Positions 47,830-63,272 of a stretch of 64,000 bases of DNA are shown piece after piece. Both the position numbers and the translations under genes were made by a program. The stretch is from Mizuhopecten yessoensis. Taxonomy: Eukaryota. The notes beneath the pieces are model-generated. The model did not search any database. It had not been told where the DNA came from and saw nothing but the letters and a program-made list of their open reading frames with translations. The first letter of the stretch is position 1, and each line of letters starts with the position of its first letter. The DNA is taken from contig NW_018404940.1 in the NCBI RefSeq assembly GCF_002113885.1, forward strand, positions 976,786 to 1,040,785. The letters are read 5' to 3'.

Positions 47830-50722
47830 CAAGTCACTATCTACCACTGTGTGGGATACTAGTCACTTACTACCATTGTGTACGGGTTACTAACTACCAA
47901 TGTGTGGGATACAAGTCACTAACTACCACTGTGTGGGATACTAGTCACTTACTACCACTGTGTGGGATACTAGTCACTTACTCCCATTGTGTACAAGTCA
48001 CTTACTACCACTGTGTGGGGTACTAGTCACTTACTACCAATGTGTGGGATACTAGTCACTTACTACCACTGTGTGGGATACTAGTCACTTACTACCACTG
48101 TGTGGGGTACAACTACCATTGTGTACAAGTCACTTACTGCCACTGTGTGGGATACTAGTCACTTACTTCCATTGTGTACAAGTCACTTACTACCACTGCG
48201 TGGGATACTAGTCACTTACTACCATTGAGTACAAGTCACTTACTACCACTGTGTGGGATACTATTCACTTACTACCATTGTGTACAAGTCATTTACTACC
48301 ACTGTGTGGGGTACTAGTCACTTACTACCACTATGTGGGATACTAGTCCCTTACTACCATTGTGTACAAGTCACTTACTATCACTGTGTGGTATACTAGT
48401 CTCTTACTACCATTGTGTACAAGTCACTAATTATTTCTGTGTGGGATACAAGTCACTTACTACCACTATGTGGGATACTAGTCCCTTACTACCATTGTGT
48501 ACAAGTCACTTACTATCACTGTGTGGTATACTAGTCTCTTACTACCATTGTGTACAAGTCACTTACTGCCACTGTGTAGGAGACTAGTCACTTACTACCA
48601 TTGTGTACAAGTCCCTTACTACCCCTGTGTGGGATACTAGTCACTTACTACCATTGAGTACAAGTCACTAATTATTACTGTGTGGGATACTAGTCACTTA
48701 CTATCATTGTGTACAAGTCACTAATTATTACTGGGTGGGATACAAGTCACTTACTACCACTATGTGGGATGCTAGTCACTTACTACCATTGTGTACAAGA
48801 CACTTACTACCACTGTGTGGGATACTATTCACTTACTACCATTGTGTACAAGTCATTTACTACCACTGTGTGGGGTACTAGTCACTTACTACCACTGTGT
48901 GGGGTACAACTACCATTGTGTACAAGTCACTTACTGCCACTGTGTGGGGTACTAGTCACTTACTACCACTATGTGGGATACTAGTCCCTTACTACCATTG
49001 TGTACAAGTCACTTACTATCACTGTGTGGTATACTAGTCTCTTACTACCATTGTGTACAAGTCACTTACGACCACTGAGTGGGATACTAGTCACTTACTC
49101 CCATTGTGTACAAGTCACTTACTACCACTATGTGGGATGCTAGTCACTTACTACCATTGTGTACAAGTCCCTAATTATTACTGTGTGGGATACAAGTCAC
49201 TAACTGTGGGGTACACGTCACAAACTACCACTGTGTGGGCTACTAGTCACTTACTACCATTGTGTACAAGACACTTACTACCACTGTGTGGGATACTATT
49301 CACTTACTACCATTGTGTACAAGTCACGAATTATTACTGTGTGGGATACAAGTCACTAACTGTGGGGTACACGTCACAAACTACCACTGTGTGGGATACA
49401 AGTCACTAACTACTTACTACCACTGTGTGGGGTACTAGGCACTTACTACCATTGTGTACAAGTCACTTACTATCACTGTGTGGTATACTAGTCTCTTACT
49501 ACCATTGTGTACAAGTCACTAATTATTACTGGGTGGGATACAAGTCACTTACTACCACTGTGTGGGGTACATGTCACAAACTACCATTGTGTGGGATACT
49601 AGTCACTTACTACCATTGTGTACAAGTCACTAATTATTACTGTGTGGGATACAAGTCACTTACTACCACTGTGTGGGATACTAGTCACTTACTACCATTG
49701 TGTACAAGTCACTTACTACCACTGTGTGGGGTACACGTCACAAACTACCACTGTGTGGGATACAAGTCACTAACTCACATTGTGTGGGATACTAGTCACT
49801 ATTACTGTGTGGAATACAAGTCACTAATTATTACTGTGTGGGATACAAGTCACTAACTGCCACTGTGTGGGATACAAGTCACAATTTGAAGGCTCGTACT
49901 AGTATACAATAATTTACACTATTTATTATTGTAATTTCTCATCACAATAATCAACATTATGTACAATTTTATAATGCATGTAACACAGTATTACAGTGAC
50001 CGTTAGACTGTCAAGAATAGATTTGGCTCCTAGCTAGGTAACAGAACAGATAAATAACAATTTGATGAGTGACCAGAGTTTTACCTGGCCTGTGCCTAAC
50101 GGATAGAGCTGATATGTGATACCGTATACCGTTATGAAAACACAATTGGATGTGTTTAGTATTTGTTATTTGCATTCGTTTTAAATCTAAAGCTCCCCTT
50201 TCACACCTTGTCGCGTTACGTAAGTGCCCCGGGCGGGGAAAAACTACGGTCCAGGTACAAAGTGGCTACGTTTAACTGTGTTGCCGAGGTTGTTTAGTAA
50301 GGTCGTTTAAAAAACACCGAAAACGCAATTTCTAAAGTATAGAGAGAAAGATAAGCTTGTAGATGAAGCTAGAATAGGGAAGGAAACATACTAAAAAAGT
50401 CAAGTTATATGTCTAAGGGATACAAGTCACTAACTATTACTGTGTGGGATACAAGTCACTAACTACCACTGTGTGGGATACAAGTCACTAACTACCACTG
50501 TGTGGGATACAAGTCACTAACTACCACTGTGTGGGATACAAGTCACTAACTACCACTGTGTGGGATACAAGTCACTAACTACCACTGTGTGGGATACAAG
50601 TCACTAACTACCACTGTGTGGGATACAAGTCACTAACTACCACTGTGTGGGATACAAGTCACTAACTACCACTGTGTGGGATACAAGTCACTAACTACCA
50701 TTTGAGGAATAAAAGTCACTTA
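47830..50722. repeat. ~29-bp minisatellite with shorter variants, interrupted at ~49886-50416
   Basis: Unit gggatacaagtcactaactaccactgtgt / gggatactagtcacttactaccactgtgt. Confidence 0.95.
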
Positions 50723-52612
50723 CAGTATCAACATATTGATACAATATTACGAAACACATTCTTGAAATTCCTTTAAGTCACAATTTTTTAACTGTATGTC
50801 ATGATTGCCAACTGAAAACAAAACAAACAATTTTGTGGTTTAAATGTTTTGGTTATGTTGAAGTAGTATAGGGCTTTGTTTATGCTTTTATTTTTCTATA
50901 TGTTTTCAAAAGCAAAGCCTACCTGGATAAGACAGATTACCTCTTACAGTCCTTATTTGTTCTGTATTTGTAGGGAGAAGATTTGGACGAAATCTAATGC
51001 ACTATTGATACACTTCCTAGATTGTAAACCATTTATTTTCTTATCAACTACAGGTCATAGATATGAACAGAGCACCTATTGAATGTAAGAATGTTCTCAA
51101 CTTTCTGAAATGTACACGTATAGGATATCAGCTGGGTAGGAGTTGTTCTCAGGTAAACCCTGTCTGTATGGGGGGCCCATCAGCACTGCATACTGACCTA
51201 ACATTGGTTTGCACATCTGAACTTAGGTATATTAATACAATAGAACAAAATTTATAATTTACAATTTTGTTTCAGGACTACCTAGTAATTTTTTTAGTAA
51301 TCTAAATTTTAAAATTATTGCATTTTATTACATAAAAAAAATCTGAAAATGAGGTACTGCAACAATTTCATTTAGTAATTCAAATTTCTAAAGACATGCA
51401 AATCCAAGAGTCATTATAGATTTTATGACACCACCACAGCTAGGTAAGGAACAGTCGATTAACTTGTATAAATTAAATGATTCATCTTTCAAATACTCCA
51501 TCAGGAATTGATGGCTGCACCAAGGTGGTTTACAGGGACGTGTCTATTATACAGAACAATCAATGCCAGACATTTAGGACCAGGATGCAGTCTATATTGA
51601 ACTCTGGGGGCCGTAAAAACCTATATCAAAAGTATGTAAAGTGCTAATTTAATACTGTACCATGTTTTAAAATATAAAGGGGGAGAAGAGCCAACACCGT
51701 TCCAATATTAGGTAGGATCCTTTTGTTGGGTGTTGGCTGGACTATGGTACCTCGACGGTATACCGGGTGTCCACTCAGTAATAAAAAAGTTATCCATCAT
51801 TTTAATCTTGTAAGCTGGTCTATGTTGTGGAAACTCCTACCCCTCTACTATATGTTTTAAAATATTCACGTGTTTTTTATGAACATACAAACATCAACAT
51901 AAATATTCCCATGACTACCGTATAACAGGATATTTCAACGGGGATGATATTTTCGTTTCATCACAGGTCAATGATACGATCGCAAAAACAAGATCTGCAG
52001 AATAATGAGGTGTAAAACTGAGCCGTGAAAATATACTTCATAACCATAATGTCTTAATGAAATAGCTTGCATGTGGTTGTGACACTTTATATGCTGAGTG
52101 TCCCATCTCTGTGCTAAAACACCCCCCAAAATGTTGTTCCTTCACATGTCTAGATTGCGAAATTATAATCTAAGAAAATTCAATTTTCTAATTTTAGGTC
52201 AAACTTACAAAAATTTAAATAATCCGTTATACAGTGTTTCATATTGTGTATTAGTACCAGCTAGTCTAAAGTGTGTTACATACAGTACTCTAATATCTCT
52301 TAGTTATCTTCTTGTTATAAATTAATATTATGTTAACAAATATCATTTTTTTACCCATACCAGTTGATTCGGATAAAAACAAATATTAGCAGCCTAACAT
52401 CAACTCCAAGAAGACACTGTTTGTAAACTTTCAGCTTTATTTGTGTTATTTGTACATCTGCAGCACAACAGCGTAGTGCAATGGTGTTTATGGTATATGT
52501 ACTACTCCATTTGTCCATATATGCCATGACAACACCTTGCCTTCATTTTGAAAGGTGTCTATGTGGGGCACCAGCCTGAGAGAACAAAAGATCGTGTAAA
52601 TATCCTGTTTAT

Positions 52613-55020
52613 GTTGTGTACATGTGACACAGTCCCACCCTATCTACCCCCTGTACTGTGTACATGTGACACAGTCCCACCCTATCTACCCCCTGTACTG
52701 TGTAGATGTGACACAGTCCCACCCTATCTACCCCATGTACTGTGTAGATGTGACACAGTCCCACCCTATCTACCCCATGTACTGTGTAGATGTGACACAG
52801 TCCCACCCTATCTACCCCATGTACTGTGTAGATGTGACACAGTCCCACCCTATCTACCCCATGTACTGTGTAGATGTGACACAGTCCCACCCTATCTACC
52901 CCATGTACTGTGTAGATGTGACACAGTCCCACCCTATCTACCCCATGTACTGTGTAGATGTGACACAGTCCCACCCTATCTACCCCATGTACTGTGTAGA
53001 TGTGACACAGTCCCACCCTATCTACCCCCTGTACTGTGTAGATGTGACACAGTCCCACCCTATCTACCCCCTGTACTGTGTAGATGTGACACAGTCCCAC
53101 CCTATCTACCCCCTGTACTGTGTAGATGTGACACAGTCCCACCCTATCTACCCCCTGTACTGTGTAGATGTGACACAGTCCCACCCTATCTACCCCCTGT
53201 ACTGTGTAGATGTGACACAGTCCCACCCTATCTACCCCCTGTACTGTGTAGATGTGACACAGTCCCACCCTATCTACCCCCTGTACTGTGTAGATGTGAC
53301 ACAGTCCCACCCTATCTACCCCCTGTACTGTGTAGATGTGACACAGTCCCACCCTATCTACCCCCTGTACTGTGTAGATGTGACACAGTCCCACCCTATC
53401 TACCCCCTGTACTGTGTAGATGTGACACAGTCCCACCCTATCTACCCCCTGTACTGTGTAGATGTGACACAGTCCCACCCTATCTACCCCCTGTACTGTG
53501 TAGATGTGACACAGTCCCACCCTATCTACCCCCTGTACTGTGTAGATGTGACACAGTCCCACCCTATCTACCCCCTGTACTGTGTAGATGTGACACAGTC
53601 CCACCCTATCTACCCCCTGTACTGTGTAGATGTGACACAGTCCCACCCTATCTACCCCCTGTACTGTGTAGATGTGACACAGTCCCACCCTATCTACCCC
53701 CTGTACTGTGTAGATGTGACACAGTCCCACCCTATCTACCCCCTGTACTGTGTAGATGTGACACAGTCCCACCCTATCTACCCCCTGTACTGTGTAGATG
53801 TGACACAGTCCCACCCTATCTACCCCCTGTACTGTGTAGATGTGACACAGTCCCACCCTATCTACCCCCTGTACTGTGTAGATGTGACACAGTCCCACCC
53901 TATCTACCCCCTGTACTGTGTAGATGTGACACAGTCCCACCCTATCTACCCCATGTACTGTGTAGATGTGACACAGTCCCACCCTATCTACCCCCTGTAT
54001 ATTACTGTGTAGATGTGACACAGTCTCACCCTATTTATCCCCTGTACTGTGTAGATGTGACACAGTCCCACTCTATCTACCCATGTACTGTGTAGATGTG
54101 ACACAGTCCCACCTTATCTACCCCATGTACTGTGTAGATGTGACACAGTCCCACCCTATCTACCCCCTGTACTGTGAAGATGTGACACCACCCTATCTAC
54201 CCCCTGTACTTTGTAGATGCGACACAGTCCCACCCTATCTACCCCATGTACTGTGTAGATGTGACACAGTCCCACCCTATCTAGTCCCTGTACTTTGTAG
54301 ATGTGACACAGTCCCACCCTATCTACCCCCTGTACTGTGTAGATGTGACACAGTCCCACCCTATCTACCCCATGTACTGCGTAGATGTGACACAGTCCCC
54401 CCCTATCTACCCCCTGTATATTACTGTGTAGATGTGACACAGCCCCACCCTATCTAGTCCCTGTACTTTGTAGATGTAACACAGTCCCACCCTATCTTCC
54501 CCCTGTATATTACTGTGTAGATGTGACACAGTCCCACCCTATCTTCCCCCTGTATAGTACTGTGTAGATCTGACACAGTCCCACCATATCTACCCCCTGT
54601 ACTGTGTAGATTTGACATAGTCCCACCCTAGTACTTTGTAGATGTAACACAGTCCCACCCTATCTTCTCCCACCCTATCTACCCATGTACTTTGTAGAGG
54701 TGACACAGTCCCACCCTATCTACCCCCTGTATAGTACTGTGTAGATGTGACACAGTCCCACCCTATCTACCCATGTACTTTGTAGAGGTGACACAGTCCC
54801 ACCCTATCTACCCCCTGTATAGTACTGTGTAGATGTTACACAGTCCCACTCTATCTACCCCCTGTACTGTGTAGATGTGACACAGTCCCACCCATTGTAC
54901 CCCATGTACTGTGTAGAGGGGTTACACCACCCTATCTAGCCCCTGTACTGTGTAGATGTGACACAGTCCCACTCTATCTACCTCCTGTACTGTGTATATG
55001 TGACACCACCCTATCTAGCC
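52613..55020. repeat. 42-bp minisatellite, about 55 copies
   Basis: Unit gtgtagatgtgacacagtcccaccctatctaccccctgtact; homogeneous left part, degenerate right part. Confidence 0.97.
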
Positions 55021-56217
55021 TGATAACCTGTTTAGTTACCAGGCTGCTTACAACCACAATCCTTCACTCGTGATACGTACACCTCACGTACACCTCCAGG
55101 TTCATAACAACATAAACATTTCTCCCAAATCTATGGAGGATGTTTTTGCTTGCTGAATATTAACGTCTAGCTGGAAACCGTAAGGATATAGAGAGACCAT
55201 TGAAACCTGATCTGGGCATGAATGATTGCATTCCCTTGGGACTTCATAGTATTAAGAAGTTACTGGAGAGATAACAACTTTTTTTTTTATATAATGATAG
55301 CAGTGACCTTGACCTTTAGACATTAATTTGTTCGACATTAATTTGTTTGAGATATTGTCATACCTTATTTCATCAAAATCTGCGGAGAAATGACATATCT
55401 AGAGTGATGACAATGTAGTAGCCTTACTTACATTGTATAACTTTACGAATATGCACTCCACAGATTTCCTTATTCATTTTTCCAATGGTATACATATATT
55501 TTTTTAACTTGGCGGGATATATTATCACACCATAAAACTGTGCTTTTAAATTTAAATTCTGGTTTGATGACTATTGCCCGTTATTATTTTTAACATCAAA
55601 TTATTTTTTGGTATTGTTCTCCCTCAGGTTTAGTTAAATCTTCTTGAAATGTCAAAGGCTCATGTAATTGTGCATTCCAATTTGGATTTAGAGATTTTGA
55701 CAGTTATTGCCCTTCGATCGAGTATTGAGTAGTTTATTATGCTGCTGTGTGCAGTACTTCTCGTTAGTTTAGCGATAGTTGAGCTATCTATTCCACAAGG
55801 ACAGTTGAGAGCAGCACGGTGACCATCCAATAGGTAATACATCTACTGGTGTTAAACGAAGTAAGGGAGAATGGCAGAACACAAACCAATCTGTGAGGGA
55901 GTGGACGGGTGGAGGCCCACAGGGCTAAACTTTGTCTATCACTTGCTTTCACTAAATGGACAGTCTATTTAAACTTGATCAGTAGGCCTTTGTGATGATA
56001 TTGGATTCCATTTAATGTCCAGAATGGATCGATATCTATCAATACACTGATTATAAAATAACATATGAAGGCTTGTGTGGTAGTATGATGTTCATCAGGT
56101 TTTGTTACAATCATATATAGAAACAGGTAATATCTCATCTGAGCAATTGGCTGGTAGGTATGAGGTAAAAGAAAATTAACTGACAGTAAAAAACCATAAA
56201 TGTTTCCATACAAATTA

Positions 56218-58127
56218 GTACTAGTCCTAGTTGTGAAGGCCCCCTCCCATCCTTAAATCAGGCATGTTTGTGTATGGACCTTTAACGTACCAGTCCTAGT
56301 TGTGAAGACCCCCTCCCATCCTTAAATCAGGCATGTTTGTGTATGAACCTTTAACGTACCAGTCCTAGTTGTGAAGCCCCCCTCCCATCCTAATGTGTAT
56401 GGACCTTTAACTCACTAGTCCTAGTTGTGAAGCCCCCCTCCCATCCTTAAAGTAGACATGTTTGTGTATGGACCTTTAACTCACTAGTCCTAGTTGTGAA
56501 GCCCCCCTCCCATCCTTAAAGCAGGCATGTTTGTGTATGGACCTTTAACGCACTAGTCCTAGTTGTGAAGCCCCCCTCCCATCCTTAAATCAGGCATGGT
56601 TGTGTATGGACCTTTAACGTACCAGTCCTAGTTGTGAAGCCCCCCTCCCATCCTTAAATCAGGCATGGTTGTGTATGGACCTTTAACGTACCAGTCCTAG
56701 TTGTGAAGCCCCCCTCCAATCCTTAACGCAGGCATGTTTGTGTATGGACCTTTAATGTACCAGTCCTAGCTGTTAAGCCCCCCTCCCATCCTTAAAGTAG
56801 ACATGTTTGTGTATGGACCTTTAAGGTACTAGTCCTAGTTGTGAAGCCCCCCTCCCATCCTAAAATCAGGCATGTTTGTGTATGGACCTTTAACGTACCA
56901 GTCCTAGTTGTGAAGCCCCCCTCCCATTCTAAAAGTAGACACGTTTGTGTATGGACCTTTAAGGTACTAGTCCTAGTTGTGAAGCCCCCCTCCCATCCTA
57001 AAATCAGGCATGTTTGTGTATGAACCTTTAACGTACAAGTCCTAGTTGTGAAGCCCCCCTCCCATCCTAATGTGTATGGACCTTTAACTCACTAGGCCTA
57101 GTTGTGAAGCCCCCCTCCCATTCTAAAAGTAGCCACGTTTGTGTATGGACCTTTAAGGTACCAGTCCTAGTTGTGAAGCCCCCCCCCCATTCTAAAAGTA
57201 GACATGTTTGTGTATCGACCTTTAAGGTACTAGTCCTAGTTGTGAACCCCCCCTCCCATCCTAAAATCAGGCTTGTTTGTGTATGGACCTTTAACGTACC
57301 AGGCCTAGTTGTGAAGCCCCCCTCCCATCCTTAAAGCAGGCTTGTTTGTGTATGGAGCTTTAAATCACTAGTCCTAGTTGTTAAGCCCCCCTCCCATCCT
57401 AAAATCAGGCACGTTTGTGTATGGACCTTTAAGGTACTAGTCCTAGTTGTGAACCCCCCCTCCCATCCTAAAATCAGGCTTGTTTGTGTATGGACCTTTA
57501 ACTCACTAGGCCTAGTTGTGAAGCCCCCCTCCCATTCTAAAATCAGGCATGTTTGTGTATGGACCTTTAGTGTACCAGTCCTAGTTGTGAAGCCCCCCTC
57601 CCATTCTAAAATCAGGCATGTTTGTGTATGAACCGTTAACGTACCAGTCCTAGTTGTGAAGGCCCCTCCTCCCATCCTTAAAGCAGGCTTGTTTGTGTAT
57701 GGACCTTTAACGTACCAGGCCTAGTTGTGAAGCCCCCCTCCCATCCTTAAATCAGGCATGTTTGTGTATGGGCCTTTAATGTACCAGTCCTAGTTGTGAC
57801 GCCCCCCTCCCATCCTAAAATCAGGCTTGTTTGTGTATGGACCTTTAACTCACTAGGCCTAGTTGTGAAGCCCCCCTCCCATCCTAATGTGTATGGACCT
57901 TTAACTCACTAGTCCTAGTTGTGAAGGCCCCCCCCTCCCATCCTAAAATCAGGCTTGTTTGTGTATGGACCTTTAACGCACTAGTCCTAGTTGGGAAGCC
58001 CCCCTCCCATCCTAAAATCAGGCATGTTTGTGTATGAACCTTTAACGTACCAGTCCTAGTTGTGAAGCCCCCCTCGCATCCTCAAAGCAGGCATGTTTGT
58101 GTATGGTCCTTTAACGCACTGGTCCCA
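56218..58127. repeat. 69-bp minisatellite, about 28 copies
   Basis: Unit cagtcctagttgtgaagcccccctcccatccttaaatcaggcatgtttgtgtatggacctttaacgtac. Confidence 0.96.
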
Positions 58128-61100
58128 GTAATATTATTAATAATATACTAGTCCTTATCAGGAGATATCGCCTTTATAAACAGGAAGCACATCCTTAGAC
58201 AATTTTGCTGTTGGCTGACCCTCTAAGAGCCTATGCAATATGGACTCCATAACTTATAATCTGAAAGATGATTCATTGTAGACAATTCTGATTGGTAAAT
58301 CAATTGGACTAATGAAGATGTTACATAGTAAGTTTTGGTTATTGTATTGGCTGCATGTTGTAGATCGGTTGTAAAGTTTTGTTAAAGGTGTGTAACTTAT
58401 GACAAATAAGGAAACCATTGTAAGTATTTTCCTAATCCTTACTATACCACTCAATGTGTACTTGTATATTAATCAAGAGGAAATATTCATACGGTAATTA
58501 TTTTTGCCAGTTTTAGGTTTGGTAAATAAGAATGAAAAGTACACAGGCAGACATATGGACATACTTAAAAAAAGCACTGCAACATTAGTACCACAGCGAA
58601 ATTTTCATACCATGAATAGTTTCTAAACTCCGTGTGTGAATTTCAAAACACATAAACTGATTCTTTTAAAGAAAATTAATGATGATGAAAATAATGTTAC
58701 AAGATAATGCAAAGCGTGACATTATCCCCCCGCCCCGCTGTTTAAAAGAAAGACACACAATCATATATATCTATGTTAATATTACAATCACAGGTATTAA
58801 CTCCATTCCACCACTGTTACTGATATTTTGATGTAGATCATCTTTTACTTAACACTGATGACTTCCCCATCTAAAAAGGATTGATAAGAGCACTAGCCTA
58901 GTAAGTGTACAAAACTTCCTCTTCATGCACGTAACGCACAGTCGGATGGACCCCAATGTAATATCCCCCGCAAACGTGTTACGCGGGGGATAATAATAAC
59001 AAGAGTACAGTTTGGGTATGCAATGTGCCCATCCCTGCATTTTCTGTATAGTATTGATGATGGTGAACTTGACAAGTTTCAAGGAAATACGATGGAAACA
59101 GAGGAACTACTTTATCAGACATATCAAAAAGGGCAATAACTCTGTAAACAATTATTGGATCAGCATTATAAACATGCACTACTACATCTTATGTCGGTAA
59201 ACCTTATCAACATTTAAGGGAATAGATGGAAAGTGACAGAATAAATGCCTGGAAAAGAGCAATATCATAATAGGTAACGTTCCAGCAGGTAAACAAATAC
59301 AAATATAAACAAATATTTCCTGTCTTCTAAAAATTGCTTGTCCCATTTTTACTTGTGCATAACTCCATAATTAGACAAGATGATGTCCAATCTTGAAAAA
59401 ACAGAACACTTAATGGAAACTATTAGACACATACATAATGTTACAGGAAGAGATCTGTTATGAGATTGTAGACGACCTTCAACTATAACGGTAATGTATT
59501 TAGAGGTCATCTCTGTGTCGAGACAATTAAAGAACTGGACAGTATGCTTATGTAACATAATGGACATAGGCTAGCAAACAGCATCACCTGTATCTATATT
59601 TAGCCAGAAAACCTATCTGTATAGTGAATATGTGTTGGTGGAATAATTGTACACCGAACAAAATCTATAACATGGCATTAGAGATGGGCCCGAGGCTAGC
59701 TGGCTTTCTCAAGATTCCCAATCAATGCTAACACTGGCTGGGAGCAGACAAAGACCGAGACAACTACCTTGTGTTGCTCTATGAACACAGAACTGCTGAG
59801 CTCAGCGAACTGGGCGTCAGTTAAACATGTCAGGACATGAGGTTCTTAGTACATTAGGTCTCCAGTGTACTACCAATCACGTCACACTGAACAATGTAGC
59901 GTAACGATTCATTCATGTAATGAGATTGATACAGAATTGTATACCTCATTCTAGTAATGATCACCGGTACATTATTGTAATTAAGTGGCATAAAGGATGA
60001 CTTACTCTTAACTTAGGTAAAATTGCGTTCAACTCAGAGAAGGCAAAATGGAAAATTCTGGCATAGCCTCCCACTTGAATTAATTACAGAACATCAACAA
60101 GATGAGGAGAAATGCTGTTTTTATAATCCATTTTTTTAATGTTTTTAATCAACCTCAAAACACAAATTTAAAGGGCAACATGTTCCATATTAAGGCACGA
60201 TAGCTCTTTATCTATATATCTATATATACTACAGTAAGTTATAAGCAGGCAATGACTGACATGCAATCATTCCTGGTTTTGTGTATGGATGGGTAGAATT
60301 GAGCCTCCTTTTACACTAAACTGTCTGTGACACTATAATGGTGTTTCACGGTTATTGAACAGGCGTGGGAGGCCCCTGATCATAATGGCCACTCTTATTC
60401 CAGAAGGCAGTAACTACCACAGGGAAAAGTTGCTTTTACCGCTAGACTACGTAAACTCAAGTTTGTTGATTATTGAACACAGCTAAACTTGTTTAATCAC
60501 TGCATGCCTAAAATTAACATCATTCTTAAAATTCCACACCGATCACATTTAAGCTTGATTTGTACTTAATGAAAAGGAAATCCAACAGTGCCCCGATATC
60601 CCAATACTATAAATGCAGTCTATAATAGTTTTGGTTTTATTGACTTATTTATTGATATGTGAAACTTATCTTTTACATTCACTGTCACTGAAATCAATAT
60701 TGTATTATCATTGATATGTGAAACTTATTTTCTTCGTCTACTGTCACTGTCACTGAAATCAATATTGTATTATCATTGATATGTGAAACTCTCATTTTCT
60801 ACAACTACTGACAATGAAATCAAAGCATAATTATCAATAAAACTACCATATATTCAATTGTCCATGGCACTACCTAGCCAGTGTTTCGGGTGTATCAAGG
60901 TTACAGGTTTTCTATTTGTATTACAATCTGTTCCAGTAATGCAGTGGTACAGCTAATTCAGTAAGGGTGGCTAGACAACTGAAGACTCCCTGTTCCTTTG
61001 TTATACAGTCATACCGCTACATACAATTGTACGATTGTATCCGATTCATAAATAGAAGATTATAATTATATAGTGAATCTCGTTGAGTATTTACTCATAA

Positions 61101-61184
61101 TACAGTAGTAAACATTTGTTTTTGAGCACCATGGCTCAAAGGAATCCGATATCATCAATAATAATTGGTCATATTGACATAGTA

Positions 61185-63272
61185 AATATAAGTTACTGAC
61201 ATTTACCAATGACCTGTTGCTACTGTAATTTACTGACCTTCAATGACCTGTAGCTACTGTAAGTTATTGACCTTCATTAATGACCTGTAGCTACTATTAG
61301 TAACTGACCTTCATTAATGACCTGTAGCTACTATAAGTTACTGGTAGCTACTATAAGTTACTGACCACCATCAATGACCGGTAGCTACTGTAACTTACTG
61401 TCATTCATCAATGACCTGTAGCTACTATAAGTTACTGACCACCATCAATGACCTGTAGCTACTTTAAGTTACTGACATTCAATGACCTGTAGCTACTGTA
61501 AGTTACTGACATTCATTAATGACCTCTAGCTACTATAAGTTGCTGACATTCAGCAATGACCTTTAGCTACTATAAGTTGCTGACATTCAGCAATGACCTT
61601 TAGCTACTATAAGTTACTGGTAGCTACTATAAGTTGCTGACATTCAGCAATGACCTTTAGCTACTATAAGTTGCTGACATTCAGCAATGACCTTTAGCTA
61701 CTATAAGTTGCTGACATTCAGCAATGACCTTTAGCTACTATAAGTTACTTACAGTCATCAATGACCTCTAGCTACTATAAGTTACTTACAGTCATCAATG
61801 ACCTCTAGCTTCTATAAGTTACTGACATGGGTCAATGACCTCTAGCTACTATAAGTTACTGACATTCATCAATGACCTCTATCTTCTATAAGTTACTGAC
61901 ATTCAATGACCTGTAGCTACTGTAAGTTACTGACCACCATCAATGACCTCTGGCTACTATAAGTTACTGACCTTCATCAATGACCTCTAGCTACTGTGAG
62001 TTACTGACATTCATCAATCACCTCTAGCTTCTATAAGTTACTGACCTTTGATGACCTCTAGCTACTGTAAGTTACTGACCTTCATCAATGACCTCTAGCT
62101 GCTATAAGTTACTGACATTCATTAATGACCTGTTCAAAGGAATCCGATATCATCAATAATAATTGGTCATATTGACATAGTAAATATAAGTTACTGACAT
62201 TTAATGACCTCTAGCTACTATAAGGTACTGAAATTCATCAATGACCTCTAGCTGCTATAAGTTACTGACATTCATCAATCACCTCTAGCTTCTATAAGTT
62301 ACTGACCTCTAATGACCTCTAGCTACTGTAAGTTACTGACCTTCATCAATGACCTCTAGCTTCTATAAGTTACTGACCTCTAATGACCTCTAGCTACTGT
62401 AAGTTACTGACATTCATCAATCACCTCTAGCTTCTATAAGTTACTGACCTTTAATGACCTCTAGCTACTATAAGTAACTTACATTCATCAATGACCTCGA
62501 GCTACTATAAGTTACTTACATTCATCAATGACCTCGAGCTACTATAAGTTACTGACATTCATCAATGACCCCTAGCTTCTATAAGTTACTGACATTCATC
62601 AACGACCTCTAGCTACTATAAGTTACTGAGATTCATCAATGACCTCTATCTTCTATAAGTTACTGACATTCAATGACCTCTAGCTACTGTAAGTTACTGG
62701 CATTCAACAATGCCCTCTAGCTACTATAAGTTACTGCCATTCATCAATGACCTCTAGCTGCTATAAGTTACTGACATTCATTAATTACCTGTAGCTACTG
62801 TAAGTTACTGGCATTCAACAATGCCCTCTAGCTACTATAAGTTACTTACATTCATCAATGACCTCGAGCTACTATAAGTTACTGAGATTCATCAATGACC
62901 TCTATCTACTATAAGTTACTGACATTCATCAACGACCTCTAGCTACTATAAGTTACTGCCATTCATCAATGACCTCTAGCTGCTATAAGTTACTGACATT
63001 CAATGACCTCTAGCTACTGTGAGTTACTGACATTCATCAACGACCTCTAGCTACTATAAGTTACTGACATTCATCAATGACCTCTAGCTTCTATAAGTTA
63101 CTGACCTTTAATGACCTCTAGCTACTGTAAGTTACTGGCATTCAACAATGACCTCTAGCTACTATAAGTTAATGACCTTCAATGACCTGTAGCTACTGTA
63201 AGTTACTGACCTTCATTAATGACCTGTAGCTACTATAAGTTACTGACCTTCATCAATGACCTCTAGCTACTA
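61185..63272. repeat. ~34-37-bp minisatellite
   Basis: Unit aatgacctctagctactataagttactgacattcatc. Confidence 0.95.

Noticed and set aside
47784-49856. Cys/His/Tyr-rich ORFs
   Set aside because: Translations of the 29-bp minisatellite.
52548-54457. Long ORFs of 515, 470 and 462 aa (CRCDTVPPYLPPVL repeats and similar)
   Set aside because: They arise from a 42-bp (3n) tandem repeat open in several frames on both strands; there is no splice or homology support.
56841-57675. KPPSHPKIRHVCVWTF repeat ORFs
   Set aside because: Translations of the 69-bp (3n) minisatellite.
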